In this document: in pieces, positions 28,587 through 37,526 of the stretch | Position numbering within the stretch: position 1 is the stretch's first letter | Layout of the letters: every line of letters begins with the position of its first letter | NCBI GenBank assembly: GCA_965223415.1 | Contig: OZ245002.1 | Coordinates: 2,656,001-2,720,000 of the forward strand | DNA: 64,000 nucleotides | Direction of reading: 5' to 3' | Source of the DNA: Myxococcota bacterium | Lineage (GTDB): Bacteria; Myxococcota_A; UBA9160; UBA6930 | Position numbers and translations under genes: made by a program | The notes under the pieces: generated by a model | The model's database searches: none | What the model saw: the letters and a program-made list of their open reading frames with translations, nothing else | What the model was told of the DNA's origin: nothing

Positions 28587-28624
28587 AAAAAGGAAGGGGC
28601 GGCCGCCCTACGGCGGCCGCCCCT
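28587..28624 (-). terminator. Rho-independent terminator after PEP-CTERM copy 1
   Basis: Minus strand aggggcggccgcc-gtag-ggcggccgcccct followed by tccttttt. Confidence 0.75.
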
Positions 28625-28658
28625 CGGATGTCCTTCCGTGAGGACCTGCCTGGGAGCG

Positions 28659-29459
28659 TTAGCTCCGCTGGCGGCGACCCACGGCGGCCAGGCCCACGAG
28701 GCCCGCGCCCAGGAGCAGCAGCGTGCCCGGCTCGGGGACCGCGCCCGTGAAGTTCAGCACGAGCGTCGTGGCGCCCGCGGTGCGGTTGCTCTGGGTCGAG
28801 CCGTCGCACGCGCCCGCCGGACCGCCCGCGCACACCGCCGTGATGGACGGCGACACGAGGGTGACCGAGCCACCGCCGCCGGCGGTCAGGTTGACCGAGC
28901 CGCCGTACATGAAGTCCGACAGCGCCACGGTCATGTTGGTCGCGCCGTTCGCGGTCGTCGTGGTGCCGAACAGGCCCGTGACGGTGCCCGAGCCCGGCGT
29001 CCAGGCCAGGAACGTCGCAGTGACCTTCACGGCGCCGACCAGCGGGTTGCTGGTGCTGACGGTCGAGGTCCCGGACACGCCCACGGACAGCGGGATGGCC
29101 AGGAACAGCAGCGGGATACCGACGAACAGGAACACGTTCACGACGCCGGCGATGCCCTGGTTGGCCGCGGCGCCACCGGCCGTGACCGCGATCGTCTGGC
29201 TGCCACCAAGCGTCTGGGTGATGGTCAGCTGAGGCGGACCCGTGTTGACGGTACTGAAGGACAGGGGGCTCACGGTGATGCCGACGTTGGCGCCGGCCCC
29301 CGTGCTGGTGCCGGACGCGCCGAGGCTGCCACCGCCGGTCGTCAGCGTGAACGGCGTGCCCTGGAACGCGCCGAACCAGGTGGCGGACGTCAGCGTGCCC
29401 GCCTGCGCCGTACCGGCGAACAACATGAACGCCGCGGCAAGAACGAAGATCTTTCGCAT
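28659..29459 (-). CDS. PEP-CTERM sorting-domain surface protein, copy 1
   Basis: Signal peptide MRKIFVLAAAFMLFAGTAQA and C-terminal VPEPGTLLLLGAGLVGLAAVGRRQRS. AGGAG SD. Confidence 0.93.
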   Translation of the reverse strand: MRKIFVLAAAFMLFAGTAQAGTLTSATWFGAFQGTPFTLTTGGGSLGASGTSTGAGANVGITVSPLSFSTVNTGPPQLTITQTLGGSQTIAVTAGGAAANQGIAGVVNVFLFVGIPLLFLAIPLSVGVSGTSTVSTSNPLVGAVKVTATFLAWTPGSGTVTGLFGTTTTANGATNMTVALSDFMYGGSVNLTAGGGGSVTLVSPSITAVCAGGPAGACDGSTQSNRTAGATTLVLNFTGAVPEPGTLLLLGAGLVGLAAVGRRQRS

Positions 29460-29619
29460 GGTGAGAGTTGCTCCTGTTGGAAGTCCCAGCCCGCACCCGG
29501 GGCTGGAGCTCACTTTTGTTCTGCATGGAAGTGGCTGCGGTGCCGGGGATGTGTCGAGAAAAGATCACCTCTGAGGGGATTTTCCTCCCGGCAGCCCCTG
29601 GGGGAATTCCCCCGCGGGG

Positions 29620-30705
29620 CTATCGGTCTGACGCCACCTGACGGTGCAGCCGACCGTCCTCGGTGCCCACGTACAGCCGCCCCTCGTGGAGCCAGGCGGA
29701 GAGGGGCGAGAGCCCGGAGGGGAGCGTCCAGAGGGCCCAGGCCTCCAGATCCGGGGTCACGCCGAGGGTCCAGCGGCCCTCGACCCTTCCGAGCAGGAGC
29801 AGGCGACCCTCCGCCGCCTCCAGGTCCCGCACCCCCTCCTGGAAGGGCGAGGCCACGGTCCGCCCCTCGCCGCGGGCGATGCGGCTCAACACGCTGCGCC
29901 GGCCCGCCGGAGCGGCCGGGTCGGCGTGGGTGGAGACCGTGACCAGCGCGCCCCGGAAGGTCCGCGCGGCAACGCAGCGCTCGTAGCCGGGGGGCAGCAG
30001 GTCCCGCTGCGCCCACGCCTGGCCGTCGAACACCTCGGCTTCGGGTGGGCCGCGGACGTCGGCCAGCACCTGGAAGCCGCCTCGCACCGCGAACAGCGGG
30101 AAGCCGTAGAGCTGGCCCTCGTGGGCCGCGAGGCAGGTCAGGCGGGCCTGGTGACGGATGCCTCCGTCCCGGAGGTTGCGGACCTCGCTCCAGCTCGTGC
30201 CCCGGTCGGGTGAGGCGAGCACGCGCCCGTCGACGGCCGCGAACCAGGCCCCGCCGAGCGAGGCCAGGTCGAAGACGTGGGCGATGCCGTCGGTTCCGAG
30301 GACGCGGACCTGCCAGCCGTCTTCCTCCTGCACCAGGACGTGGCCCTCGGGCCCGATGCCGTCGATCCCGGGCACGGCGAGGCGGCCGTCGAGCTCGACG
30401 TAGCGGACGATGGCGTGCTCCGGCGCGCGGAACTCCGCGGGCCGGAAGACGCCCTCGCCGGGATCGAAAGCGATCACCTGGGTCGGGCCGCTGTTCTCCT
30501 CCCAGCTCCCAAAGCCCAGGTAGAGATCGCCGTGGAAGCCGCGGATCTCGTTGAGGCGTCGCGCCAGCCCGGGGAGCGGTGGATGGCCGAGATCCTCGAG
30601 GAAGAGCTCTCCGCCCCGCGCCTCCGGGGCTCCGTCCGATCGCAGGAGCACGAAGAGCGCCAGCAGGCTGGCCAGGACGAGCAGGGCGAGGAGCAGCCGG
30701 CTCAA
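29620..30705 (-). CDS. Hypothetical N-anchored beta-propeller-like protein
   Basis: N-terminal TM, repeated xxGxLY strands and an SPDRGTSW Asp-box. Similar to 34569-35606. Confidence 0.7.
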   Translation of the reverse strand: MSRLLLALLVLASLLALFVLLRSDGAPEARGGELFLEDLGHPPLPGLARRLNEIRGFHGDLYLGFGSWEENSGPTQVIAFDPGEGVFRPAEFRAPEHAIVRYVELDGRLAVPGIDGIGPEGHVLVQEEDGWQVRVLGTDGIAHVFDLASLGGAWFAAVDGRVLASPDRGTSWSEVRNLRDGGIRHQARLTCLAAHEGQLYGFPLFAVRGGFQVLADVRGPPEAEVFDGQAWAQRDLLPPGYERCVAARTFRGALVTVSTHADPAAPAGRRSVLSRIARGEGRTVASPFQEGVRDLEAAEGRLLLLGRVEGRWTLGVTPDLEAWALWTLPSGLSPLSAWLHEGRLYVGTEDGRLHRQVASDR

Positions 30706-30717
30706 GCGCCCTCCCGC

Positions 30718-33528
30718 TCAGGACCCCGCAACTGCTGCCTCGAAGCGGCGCCACGCCGCTTCGACCCGTCGCCCCTTCGGTGCCTGCTCCCGGGCCTTCT
30801 CGAGCTGGGCCCGGGCCAGGTCGGTCCGGCCCATCTCCAGGTAGAGATCGGCGAGGTCGATGCGGGCGATCACCAGCCCCGGGCGATCGCGGACCAGGCG
30901 CTCGAGCGCCTTCACCGCCTCCGGCGTGCGGCCGTGGCGCAGCTCCCGGGCGGCGCGGAAGTACTGGGGCGGCGCCCGGCCGACGAGCTGCTGGAGGTAG
31001 AGGCTCGCCATGACGGATTGCCGGGCCAGCGGGCCGAGCTCCGGCTTGAACTCCGCCCGCTGGCCCGGCTGGTGCTCGAGGAAGGCGGCGCTCTGGTAGT
31101 AGCTCCCGATCACCTCGAGGGCGCCTTCGAGGTCGCGGCGCTCCGAGGGGCTCAGCCCTCCGTCCATGCAGCGCGGGCACCAGACCTCCACGTCCTCCAC
31201 CGAGAACAGATCCGGCGGCAGCCGACGGTCGAAGGTCACGAGGCGGCTTCCGTACTCGAGATAGGGGTGGTCGTCCTCGAGCACCGGATGGCCGCGGGTG
31301 GCCCGGGCCATCGTCTCCGGGCTGGCGGCGAAGGTGGCGGCCACCTCGGCCGGCTCGGAGAGGGAGATCCAGCGCAGCTCGCTCCGCAGGCCCGGCACCT
31401 CGGCGATGCGGCGGCGCATCACGTCCGGGTCGAGGGCGAAGGGCGCATCCTTGCGGCCGACGAGCATGAGCTGCTGGCGGTAGCCCGAGAGCAGCACCGC
31501 GTCGGGGAAGATCTCCAGGAAGGCGGCGATCATCGAGCGTCCGGCGGCCTCGCCGACCTGGTTCATCGGAACCCAGTAGGTGATGAAGCCGCCCGGGTTC
31601 AGCCGCTCCCGCGCCAGCTCGTAGAAATCGCGGGTGTAGAGGCTGGCCACGCCGGCGTGGGCGATGGGCGGCGGCTCGCCGGTGATGAGATCGTACTTCG
31701 GGCCGTCCATCCGCAGGTGCTGACGCCCGTCGTTCACGTGCACGCGAACCCGCGGGTCCTCGAGCGGCCTGCCGTTCACGGGCTCGAAGTAGCGCGCGTG
31801 CTCGAGGATGTCGGCGGAGAGGTCCACCACGTCGAGCTGCTTCACGGTCGGGTGCAGGAGCACCGAGTTGGCGGTGTTGCCCACGCCGAAGCACATCACC
31901 ATCACGCGCTCGATCTGGTCGGTCAGCAGCATCGGCACGTGGACGAAGGCCCGCATGTAGCGCTGGGCCACGAAGCCGGTGGTGGACATGCTGTGGCCGT
32001 TGGTGAGGAGCCGCCGGTAGCTGCCCTCCCGGTCGGTGACGGCGATGGTCTCGTTCACGCCCTCCCGGGCCGCCAGCACCTCCTCGCCCGGGTTCAGCGG
32101 CACCGTGCGCAGCATGAGCGAGCGGTCGGGAAGCTGCGCCCACACCACCGCGGCGGCGAGGCCCGCGGCCAGCGCGGCTCCCCGGATCCACGGAGCCCGG
32201 GGCTCGCTGTCCCGCGCCGCGAGGGCCACGGCTCCGATGGCGACGAGCACGCTCCCCGCCACGAGCGTCGCCGTGTGCTGGATTCCGAGCAGGGGCAGCA
32301 GCCAGAAGCCGGCGCCCAGCGAGCCGATCACGCCGCCCACGGTGTTGGAGAGATAGAGGATCCCCGCCCGCTCGCCGACCCGCTCGCTGGCGCGCTGCAC
32401 GAGGGCATTCGCCAGCGGGAACGCCATCCCGGAGAGCAGCGCCGGCGGTCCCACCACCCAGGCGGTGCTGCGCAGCAGGTAGAGGGTGAAGGGCAGCGGC
32501 CCGCCGACCGGATCGGCCAGGATGCGCTTCTGCACGTAGGTGGCGCTCGCGTCCACCGACCAGAGCGCCGCCAGTGCCCACACGACGAAGCCGCCCAGGG
32601 CCACCGTGAAGATCGTGCCGGGTCGCCCAATGCGGCTCGTGAGGGCACCGCCGAGCATCGAGCCGATCCAGATGCCCAGCAGGATCACCGTGAGCAGGAT
32701 CGAGAAGACCGGGCGGTAGCCGCCGAACAGCGAGATCAGGTGGCGGAACCACACGATCTGCATCGCCATCGCCGCGAAGCCACTGAGCCCGATCGCGAGG
32801 CCCGCCCAAGCCACCCGCGGATCCCGCGCGCCGCTGCGGGGGGCGGGCGGCGGATCGCCCGGCGACGGCCCCGTCACCCGCCTCGCCAGCAGGAGCGCCC
32901 CGGCCGCGGCAAACAGGTTCAGGCCGATCGCCAGGAGCTGGGTGCGCTGCAGGCCGAAGGCGGGCACGAAGGTCGTGTCGGTCAGCAGGCAGCCCAGCGC
33001 CGCGCCTGCCGTGTTGATGCCGTAGAGCACCCCGACGTGGCGCCCGGCCGAGCCCACGTCGTTGCCGACCAGGTGCCGGATCAGCAGGGTCAGGGTGCCG
33101 CCCATCAGCAGGGTGATGGGCGTCAGCAACAGCGCGGAGCAGCCGTAGCGGAACACGGAGCCGCCCAGCGAGAGGCGGAGCCAGCCCTTCTCGTCCGGAA
33201 CGTAGGAGGAGGCCCGGGCCGCGAGCTCCGCCACTTCCGGGATCGCCAGCAGGATCGCCCCGGCCAGGAGCGCGATTCCGAGCTCGAAGAGCCCGTAGGC
33301 GCGCACCGGTGCGGCCGGATGGGTGCGCACCCGCCGGTCGACCCACCGGCCCGCCAGGTAGCTCCCGAGGCCCAGTCCCAGCATGTAGATGCTGGTCACC
33401 AGGGCTGCCGAGTAGACCGTGCTGCCGAAGAGCAGCCCGAACTGCCGCACCCACACGACCTCGTAGACGAGCCCGCTCATCCCGGAGGCGAAGAACAGCA
33501 GATAGATGAGCGCGTGGAAGCCGGGCAT
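30718..33528 (-). CDS. Fused MFS-like membrane domain / spermidine-synthase-like SAM-dependent transferase with C-terminal TPR
   Basis: FASGMSGLVYEVVWVR, LYGINTAG, CFGVGNT, VNDGR and ITGEPPP...LYTRDFY motifs. Confidence 0.88.
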   Translation of the reverse strand: MPGFHALIYLLFFASGMSGLVYEVVWVRQFGLLFGSTVYSAALVTSIYMLGLGLGSYLAGRWVDRRVRTHPAAPVRAYGLFELGIALLAGAILLAIPEVAELAARASSYVPDEKGWLRLSLGGSVFRYGCSALLLTPITLLMGGTLTLLIRHLVGNDVGSAGRHVGVLYGINTAGAALGCLLTDTTFVPAFGLQRTQLLAIGLNLFAAAGALLLARRVTGPSPGDPPPAPRSGARDPRVAWAGLAIGLSGFAAMAMQIVWFRHLISLFGGYRPVFSILLTVILLGIWIGSMLGGALTSRIGRPGTIFTVALGGFVVWALAALWSVDASATYVQKRILADPVGGPLPFTLYLLRSTAWVVGPPALLSGMAFPLANALVQRASERVGERAGILYLSNTVGGVIGSLGAGFWLLPLLGIQHTATLVAGSVLVAIGAVALAARDSEPRAPWIRGAALAAGLAAAVVWAQLPDRSLMLRTVPLNPGEEVLAAREGVNETIAVTDREGSYRRLLTNGHSMSTTGFVAQRYMRAFVHVPMLLTDQIERVMVMCFGVGNTANSVLLHPTVKQLDVVDLSADILEHARYFEPVNGRPLEDPRVRVHVNDGRQHLRMDGPKYDLITGEPPPIAHAGVASLYTRDFYELARERLNPGGFITYWVPMNQVGEAAGRSMIAAFLEIFPDAVLLSGYRQQLMLVGRKDAPFALDPDVMRRRIAEVPGLRSELRWISLSEPAEVAATFAASPETMARATRGHPVLEDDHPYLEYGSRLVTFDRRLPPDLFSVEDVEVWCPRCMDGGLSPSERRDLEGALEVIGSYYQSAAFLEHQPGQRAEFKPELGPLARQSVMASLYLQQLVGRAPPQYFRAARELRHGRTPEAVKALERLVRDRPGLVIARIDLADLYLEMGRTDLARAQLEKAREQAPKGRRVEAAWRRFEAAVAGS

Positions 33529-33612
33529 GGATCCGCAAGGGGGGGAGAGGGGACCCGACACTATACCGCTGCGCCGATTGGCACGGAACCAGAGGCCCGC
33601 GATGCTGCCGTC

Positions 33613-34584
33613 ATGGCCGGAGCCCGCTCTTCACTCGTCTTCGTCCTCCTGGGCCCGCTCCTGGCGAGCCTCGCGTGCGGCCGGGAGCCTGCCGCGGAAA
33701 CACCCGTCCCCGATCTCTCCCCGCGAGCGGCGGCGGTGCAACGAGGCACCGCCTGGCTCCTCGCCCACGCCCACGAGATGGAGCGCACCTGGGCCCTCTC
33801 GCTGTTCGAGGGGATGCAGCGCATTCGCACGGACCCGGAGCTGCGGGAGACCTGCCGACGAATCCTGGAGGAGCGCTCGCAGGCCCGCCTCACCCACCTC
33901 CCCGCCCGGCTCCCCGCAGTCGTGGCCGTGCATCCGGCCCGGCTGTTCGACGTGCTCGCCGAGCTGAAGCGCCGACGCCGCATGGGCGAGCCCTACGAGA
34001 AGTGGGTCGAGCAGCTCAGGGAGCTGCTCGCCGCCCACGGCGCCCGCGGCTGGCCCGACGTCTGGCTCACCCAGAAGCTCATCATGATCCACAGGCTCTC
34101 GGAGTTCGGCCTGTCGGCACCCGGCAGCTTCGAAGAGGTGCGCGAGGAGATCCGGACCCTCTGGAGGGAGGGCGACCCGGAGGCCCTCGTCCGCGACCGC
34201 AGCTTCATGTTCGCGCTCACCCACGTCTTCACCACGGCGTCGGGCTATTTCAGCCATTTCGTCGACCCGGCGGGCTTCGAGCCGGAGACGGCCATGCTTC
34301 GCCACGCCGTCGGCCACTACCTGACCGAGGGTGTCCCGGACGATCGCCGCTTCCTCGAGATCCAGGCCCAGGTCGTCTCGAGCCTTGCGCTCCAGCAGCT
34401 TCCCGAGGACGAGGCGGTGGAGGCCATGGTCCAGCGGCTCCTCGACGCGCAGAACCCGGACGGGAGCTGGGGCGAGGACGCCGGCCACCACCTGAAGCAC
34501 GCGACCTGGGTCGTGCTGAAGGCCCTCGTCGATCTGGAGCCCGCGCTCTCGGGCGTGCAGCCCTTCGCTCACTCCAGCCGGTAG
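33613..34584 (+). CDS. Hypothetical lipoprotein, alpha/alpha-barrel-like (QW-type repeat)
   Basis: LLASLAC lipobox and LLDAQNPDGSWG prenyltransferase/terpene-cyclase-type repeat. Helical composition. Confidence 0.65.
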   Translation: MAGARSSLVFVLLGPLLASLACGREPAAETPVPDLSPRAAAVQRGTAWLLAHAHEMERTWALSLFEGMQRIRTDPELRETCRRILEERSQARLTHLPARLPAVVAVHPARLFDVLAELKRRRRMGEPYEKWVEQLRELLAAHGARGWPDVWLTQKLIMIHRLSEFGLSAPGSFEEVREEIRTLWREGDPEALVRDRSFMFALTHVFTTASGYFSHFVDPAGFEPETAMLRHAVGHYLTEGVPDDRRFLEIQAQVVSSLALQQLPEDEAVEAMVQRLLDAQNPDGSWGEDAGHHLKHATWVVLKALVDLEPALSGVQPFAHSSR

Positions 34585-35606
34585 AGACGCCCGCCGCGGC
34601 TCGATCCCGCCCAGAGCCGCCCGCGGTGGACGGCCAGGCTCCCGGTGGCATTGCCGTTCGCTCGTCCTCCCGGAACGCGCACGATGCGGAAGGCCTCCGG
34701 CTCCGGCGGCGGCGCGACGAGCTCGAAGTGCTCGTGGTCCCGCGAGCCGTAGAGGCCGCGGCTCGTCAACGCGTAGAGGGCTCCGTCCAGCTCCGCGAGG
34801 TCCGAAACGAAGAGCCGCTCCATCCCGGGCACGGGGGTCCAGTGCTCCCCGTCGTCGCTGAGCAGCAGGTGCAGGCCCTGGGCGTCCCACACCGACCAGA
34901 AGAGTCGGCCCCGGGAGCTCGCGAACCAGCGGAAGGTATTCGCGGCGCCGGGACGCACGTCGTGGGAGCGGGGCGCCCTGGAGCCGACGTCGCCCGTCCA
35001 GCGGACGTAGTCGGCGGCCGGCCCGCTCTCGCTCACGGCCCCGAGCAACGAGCCCCGGTGCTGGACGAGGAAGGTCACGCGGGTGAGGGCCAGCGAGGCG
35101 CGCTCCGTCCAGGCGCCGCCCGCGAGCTCGGACAGCGCGGCCTCGTTGCCGAGCATGCCGCTGCTGGCCAGGAGACGGTCCTGGTGGTGCGTGACGTCGA
35201 AGGAGTGGAGCGCATCGGCGACCGGTAGTGCCCGGAAGCTCACGCCGTCCTCCGTCGTCCAGATCCGGCCGGGAGCCAGCCCCTGGGGATCGCCGTCGGG
35301 CGCGAAGAGACGGCCCTGGACGACTCGCACCCGGAGGAAGCCCTGGCTGTGCGGATCGTCCACCGGCGTCCGGTAGGAGCTCCCGTCCTCCGTCGACAGC
35401 AGGCGCGCTCCGTCGGCCTGGAGCGGATTCGCGGAGGTGGCGAGGTAGAGCCGGTCGCGGAAGCTGACCATGTCGCTCACTACCGCATGGCCCGGCGGGG
35501 CCTTCGCGGCCGCCACGAAGCGCAGCGGGCGAAGCGGCGGCCCGCCTTCCTCGGCACAGGCGGGAGACGAGAGCAGCAAGGCGATCAGCGCGAGGACCGG
35601 GCGCAT
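34569..35606 (-). CDS. Hypothetical exported beta-propeller-like protein
   Basis: Signal peptide, Asp-box-like STEDGSSY/TTEDGVSF/SDDGEHW and repeated GRLF/W strands. Confidence 0.72.
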   Translation of the reverse strand: MRPVLALIALLLSSPACAEEGGPPLRPLRFVAAAKAPPGHAVVSDMVSFRDRLYLATSANPLQADGARLLSTEDGSSYRTPVDDPHSQGFLRVRVVQGRLFAPDGDPQGLAPGRIWTTEDGVSFRALPVADALHSFDVTHHQDRLLASSGMLGNEAALSELAGGAWTERASLALTRVTFLVQHRGSLLGAVSESGPAADYVRWTGDVGSRAPRSHDVRPGAANTFRWFASSRGRLFWSVWDAQGLHLLLSDDGEHWTPVPGMERLFVSDLAELDGALYALTSRGLYGSRDHEHFELVAPPPEPEAFRIVRVPGGRANGNATGSLAVHRGRLWAGSSRGGRLYRLE

Positions 35607-35643
35607 GGAGCCGAACGGTAGCGAGCCCCGGAAAGGTCGAGGG

Positions 35644-36441
35644 CTAGCTCCGGCGGCTGCGCCCCAGCCTGGCGAGCCCGACCAGACCCGCGCCCAGGAG
35701 GAGCAGCGTGCCCGGCTCGGGGGCCGAGGTGAAGCTCAGCGTCAGGCTCGTGGCGCCCGCGGTGCGGTTGCTCTGGGTCGAGCCGTTGCACGCGCCGGCC
35801 GGACCGCCCGCGCAGATCGCCGTGATGGTCGGCGACACGAGGGTGACTGAGCCCGCGCCACCGGCGGTCAGGCTGAAGCTGCCCATGAACGTGGCCGTAC
35901 CGAGCGCCACGGTCATGTTGGTGGCGGTGCCCGTGGTCGTCGTGGTGCCGAACTGTCCGGTCACCGTAACCGTGCCCGGCGTCCAGGCCAGGAACGTCGC
36001 GGTGACGTTCACGGCGCCGACCAGCGGGTTGCTGGTGCTGACGGTGGACGAGCCCGACACGCCCACGGAGAGCGGGATGGCCAGGAACAGCAGCGGGATG
36101 CCGACGAACAGGAACACGTTCACGAGGCCGGCGATGCCCTGGTTGGCTGCCGCGCCGTTCGGTGTCGCCGCGATCGTCTGGCTGCCACCCAGCGTCTGGG
36201 AGATGGTCAGCTGCGGCGGACCGGTGTTCACGGTGCTGAAGAACTGCGGCGTCACGCTGACGCCCACCGCGATGCTGCCGCCGGTCGAGCTGCCGGAGGC
36301 GACCAGGCTGCCCCCGCCGGTGGTCAGCGTGAAGGGCGCGCCCTGAAACGCGCCGTTCCAGGTCGCGGACGTCAGGGTGCCCGCCTGCGCCGTACCCGCG
36401 AGTAGTGCGAACGCCGCGGCGAGAGTGAGGATCCTGGGCAT
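35644..36441 (-). CDS. PEP-CTERM sorting-domain surface protein, copy 2
   Basis: Signal peptide and APEPGTLLLLGAGLVGLARLGRSRRS. Near-identical to copy 3. Confidence 0.93.
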   Translation of the reverse strand: MPRILTLAAAFALLAGTAQAGTLTSATWNGAFQGAPFTLTTGGGSLVASGSSTGGSIAVGVSVTPQFFSTVNTGPPQLTISQTLGGSQTIAATPNGAAANQGIAGLVNVFLFVGIPLLFLAIPLSVGVSGSSTVSTSNPLVGAVNVTATFLAWTPGTVTVTGQFGTTTTTGTATNMTVALGTATFMGSFSLTAGGAGSVTLVSPTITAICAGGPAGACNGSTQSNRTAGATSLTLSFTSAPEPGTLLLLGAGLVGLARLGRSRRS

Positions 36442-36511
36442 GATCAACGAAGCTCCTTGAAGGCCCCCTGGAGGGCCAGGCGCCGGGGCCGAACGGTAGC
36501 TACGAGCCCCG

Positions 36512-36552
36512 AAAAAGATCGAGGGGCGGCCACCTCTCGGCGACCGCCCCTC
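36512..36552 (-). terminator. Probable terminator after PEP-CTERM copy 3
   Basis: gaggggcggccacc-tctc-ggcgaccgcccctc hairpin, homologous to the 28595-28624 hairpin, followed by a T-run on the minus strand. Confidence 0.65.
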
Positions 36553-36589
36553 TGTTCGATCTGTCCTCTTTAGGACGTGCGTTCGGAGC

Positions 36590-37390
36590 CTAGCTCCGGC
36601 GGCTGCGCCCCACCGCGGCGAGACCGACCAGGCCCGCGCCCAGAAGGAGCAGCGTGCCCGGCTCGGGAGCCGAGGTGAAGTTCAGCGTCAGGCTCGTGGC
36701 GCCCGCGGTGCGGTTGCTCTGGGTCGAGCCATCGCACGCGCCGGCCGGGCCGCCCGCGCAGATCGCCGTGATGGTCGGCGACACGAGGGTGACCGTGCCC
36801 GCGCCACCGGCGGTCAGGTTGAAGCTGCCCATGAACGTGGCCGTACCGAGCGCCACGGTCATGTTGGTGGCGGTGCCCGTGGTCGTCGTGGTGCCGAACT
36901 GTCCGGTCACCGTAACCGTGCCCGGCGTCCAGGCCAGGAACGTCGCGGTGACGTTCACGGCGCCGACCAGCGGGTTGCTGGTGCTGACGATGGACGAGCC
37001 CGACACGCCCACGGAGAGCGGGATGGCCAGGAACAGCAGCGGGATGCCGACGAACAGGAACACGTTCACGAGGCCGGCGATGCCCTGGTTGGCCGCCGCG
37101 CCGTTCGGTGTCGCCACGATCGTCTGGCTGCCACCCAGCGTCTGGGAGATCGTCAGCTGCGGAGGACCGGTGTTCACGGTCGAGAAGCTTGCGCCACTGA
37201 CCACGGTGACCGCAACGTTGGCGCTTCCGCCAGTGCTGGTGCCGGAGGCGGCCAGGCTGCCACCACCGGTCGTGAGGGTGAACGGCGTGCCCTGGAACGC
37301 ACCGTTCCAGGTCGCGGACGTCAGCGTGCCCGCCTGCGCCGTTCCGGCGAACAACATGAACGCCGCCGCGAGAGTGAGAATCTTGCGCAT
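36590..37390 (-). CDS. PEP-CTERM sorting-domain surface protein, copy 3
   Basis: Signal peptide and APEPGTLLLLGAGLVGLAAVGRSRRS. AAGGAG SD. Confidence 0.93.
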   Translation of the reverse strand: MRKILTLAAAFMLFAGTAQAGTLTSATWNGAFQGTPFTLTTGGGSLAASGTSTGGSANVAVTVVSGASFSTVNTGPPQLTISQTLGGSQTIVATPNGAAANQGIAGLVNVFLFVGIPLLFLAIPLSVGVSGSSIVSTSNPLVGAVNVTATFLAWTPGTVTVTGQFGTTTTTGTATNMTVALGTATFMGSFNLTAGGAGTVTLVSPTITAICAGGPAGACDGSTQSNRTAGATSLTLNFTSAPEPGTLLLLGAGLVGLAAVGRSRRS

Positions 37391-37510
37391 GATCTACGAA
37401 GCTCCTTGAAGGGTCGGTCCCGACTCGGCTCCGGCTGTGGGGAGCGATCCAACTCGCACCCTCAGCGGCACCCTGCCACCCGGCTCCTCGCGCGGGACAG
37501 CCGGCTTATG

Positions 37511-37526
37511 TGCAAGCCGGATGCCA
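37511..37526 (-). promoter_or_regulatory. Sigma-54 (-24/-12) promoter
   Basis: Minus strand TGGCATCCGGCTTGCA matches TGGCAC-N5-TTGCW with one mismatch and exact GG-N10-GC spacing, ~120 nt upstream of copy 3. Confidence 0.8.

Noticed and set aside
30718..33528. Assigning gene symbols speE, prsT or kshA
   Set aside because: Only family-level resemblance. Key SpeE residues are missing and orthology cannot be shown without searches.
28659..37390. PEP-CTERM copies as a diversity-generating retroelement template/variable pair
   Set aside because: No reverse transcriptase in the window. Differences include non-adenine changes (e.g. GTG/GCG, ATC/ACC) and indels, and all copies are full genes.
35644..37390. 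Enrichment of N-X-S/T sequons in the PEP-CTERM proteins
   Set aside because: Four to five sequons per copy is not clearly above chance given the very high Ser/Thr content, and no oligosaccharyltransferase is seen.
37395..37500. Riboswitch in the 5' UTR of PEP-CTERM copy 3
   Set aside because: Hairpins are possible but I recognise no known aptamer motif. An Rfam/Infernal search would be needed.
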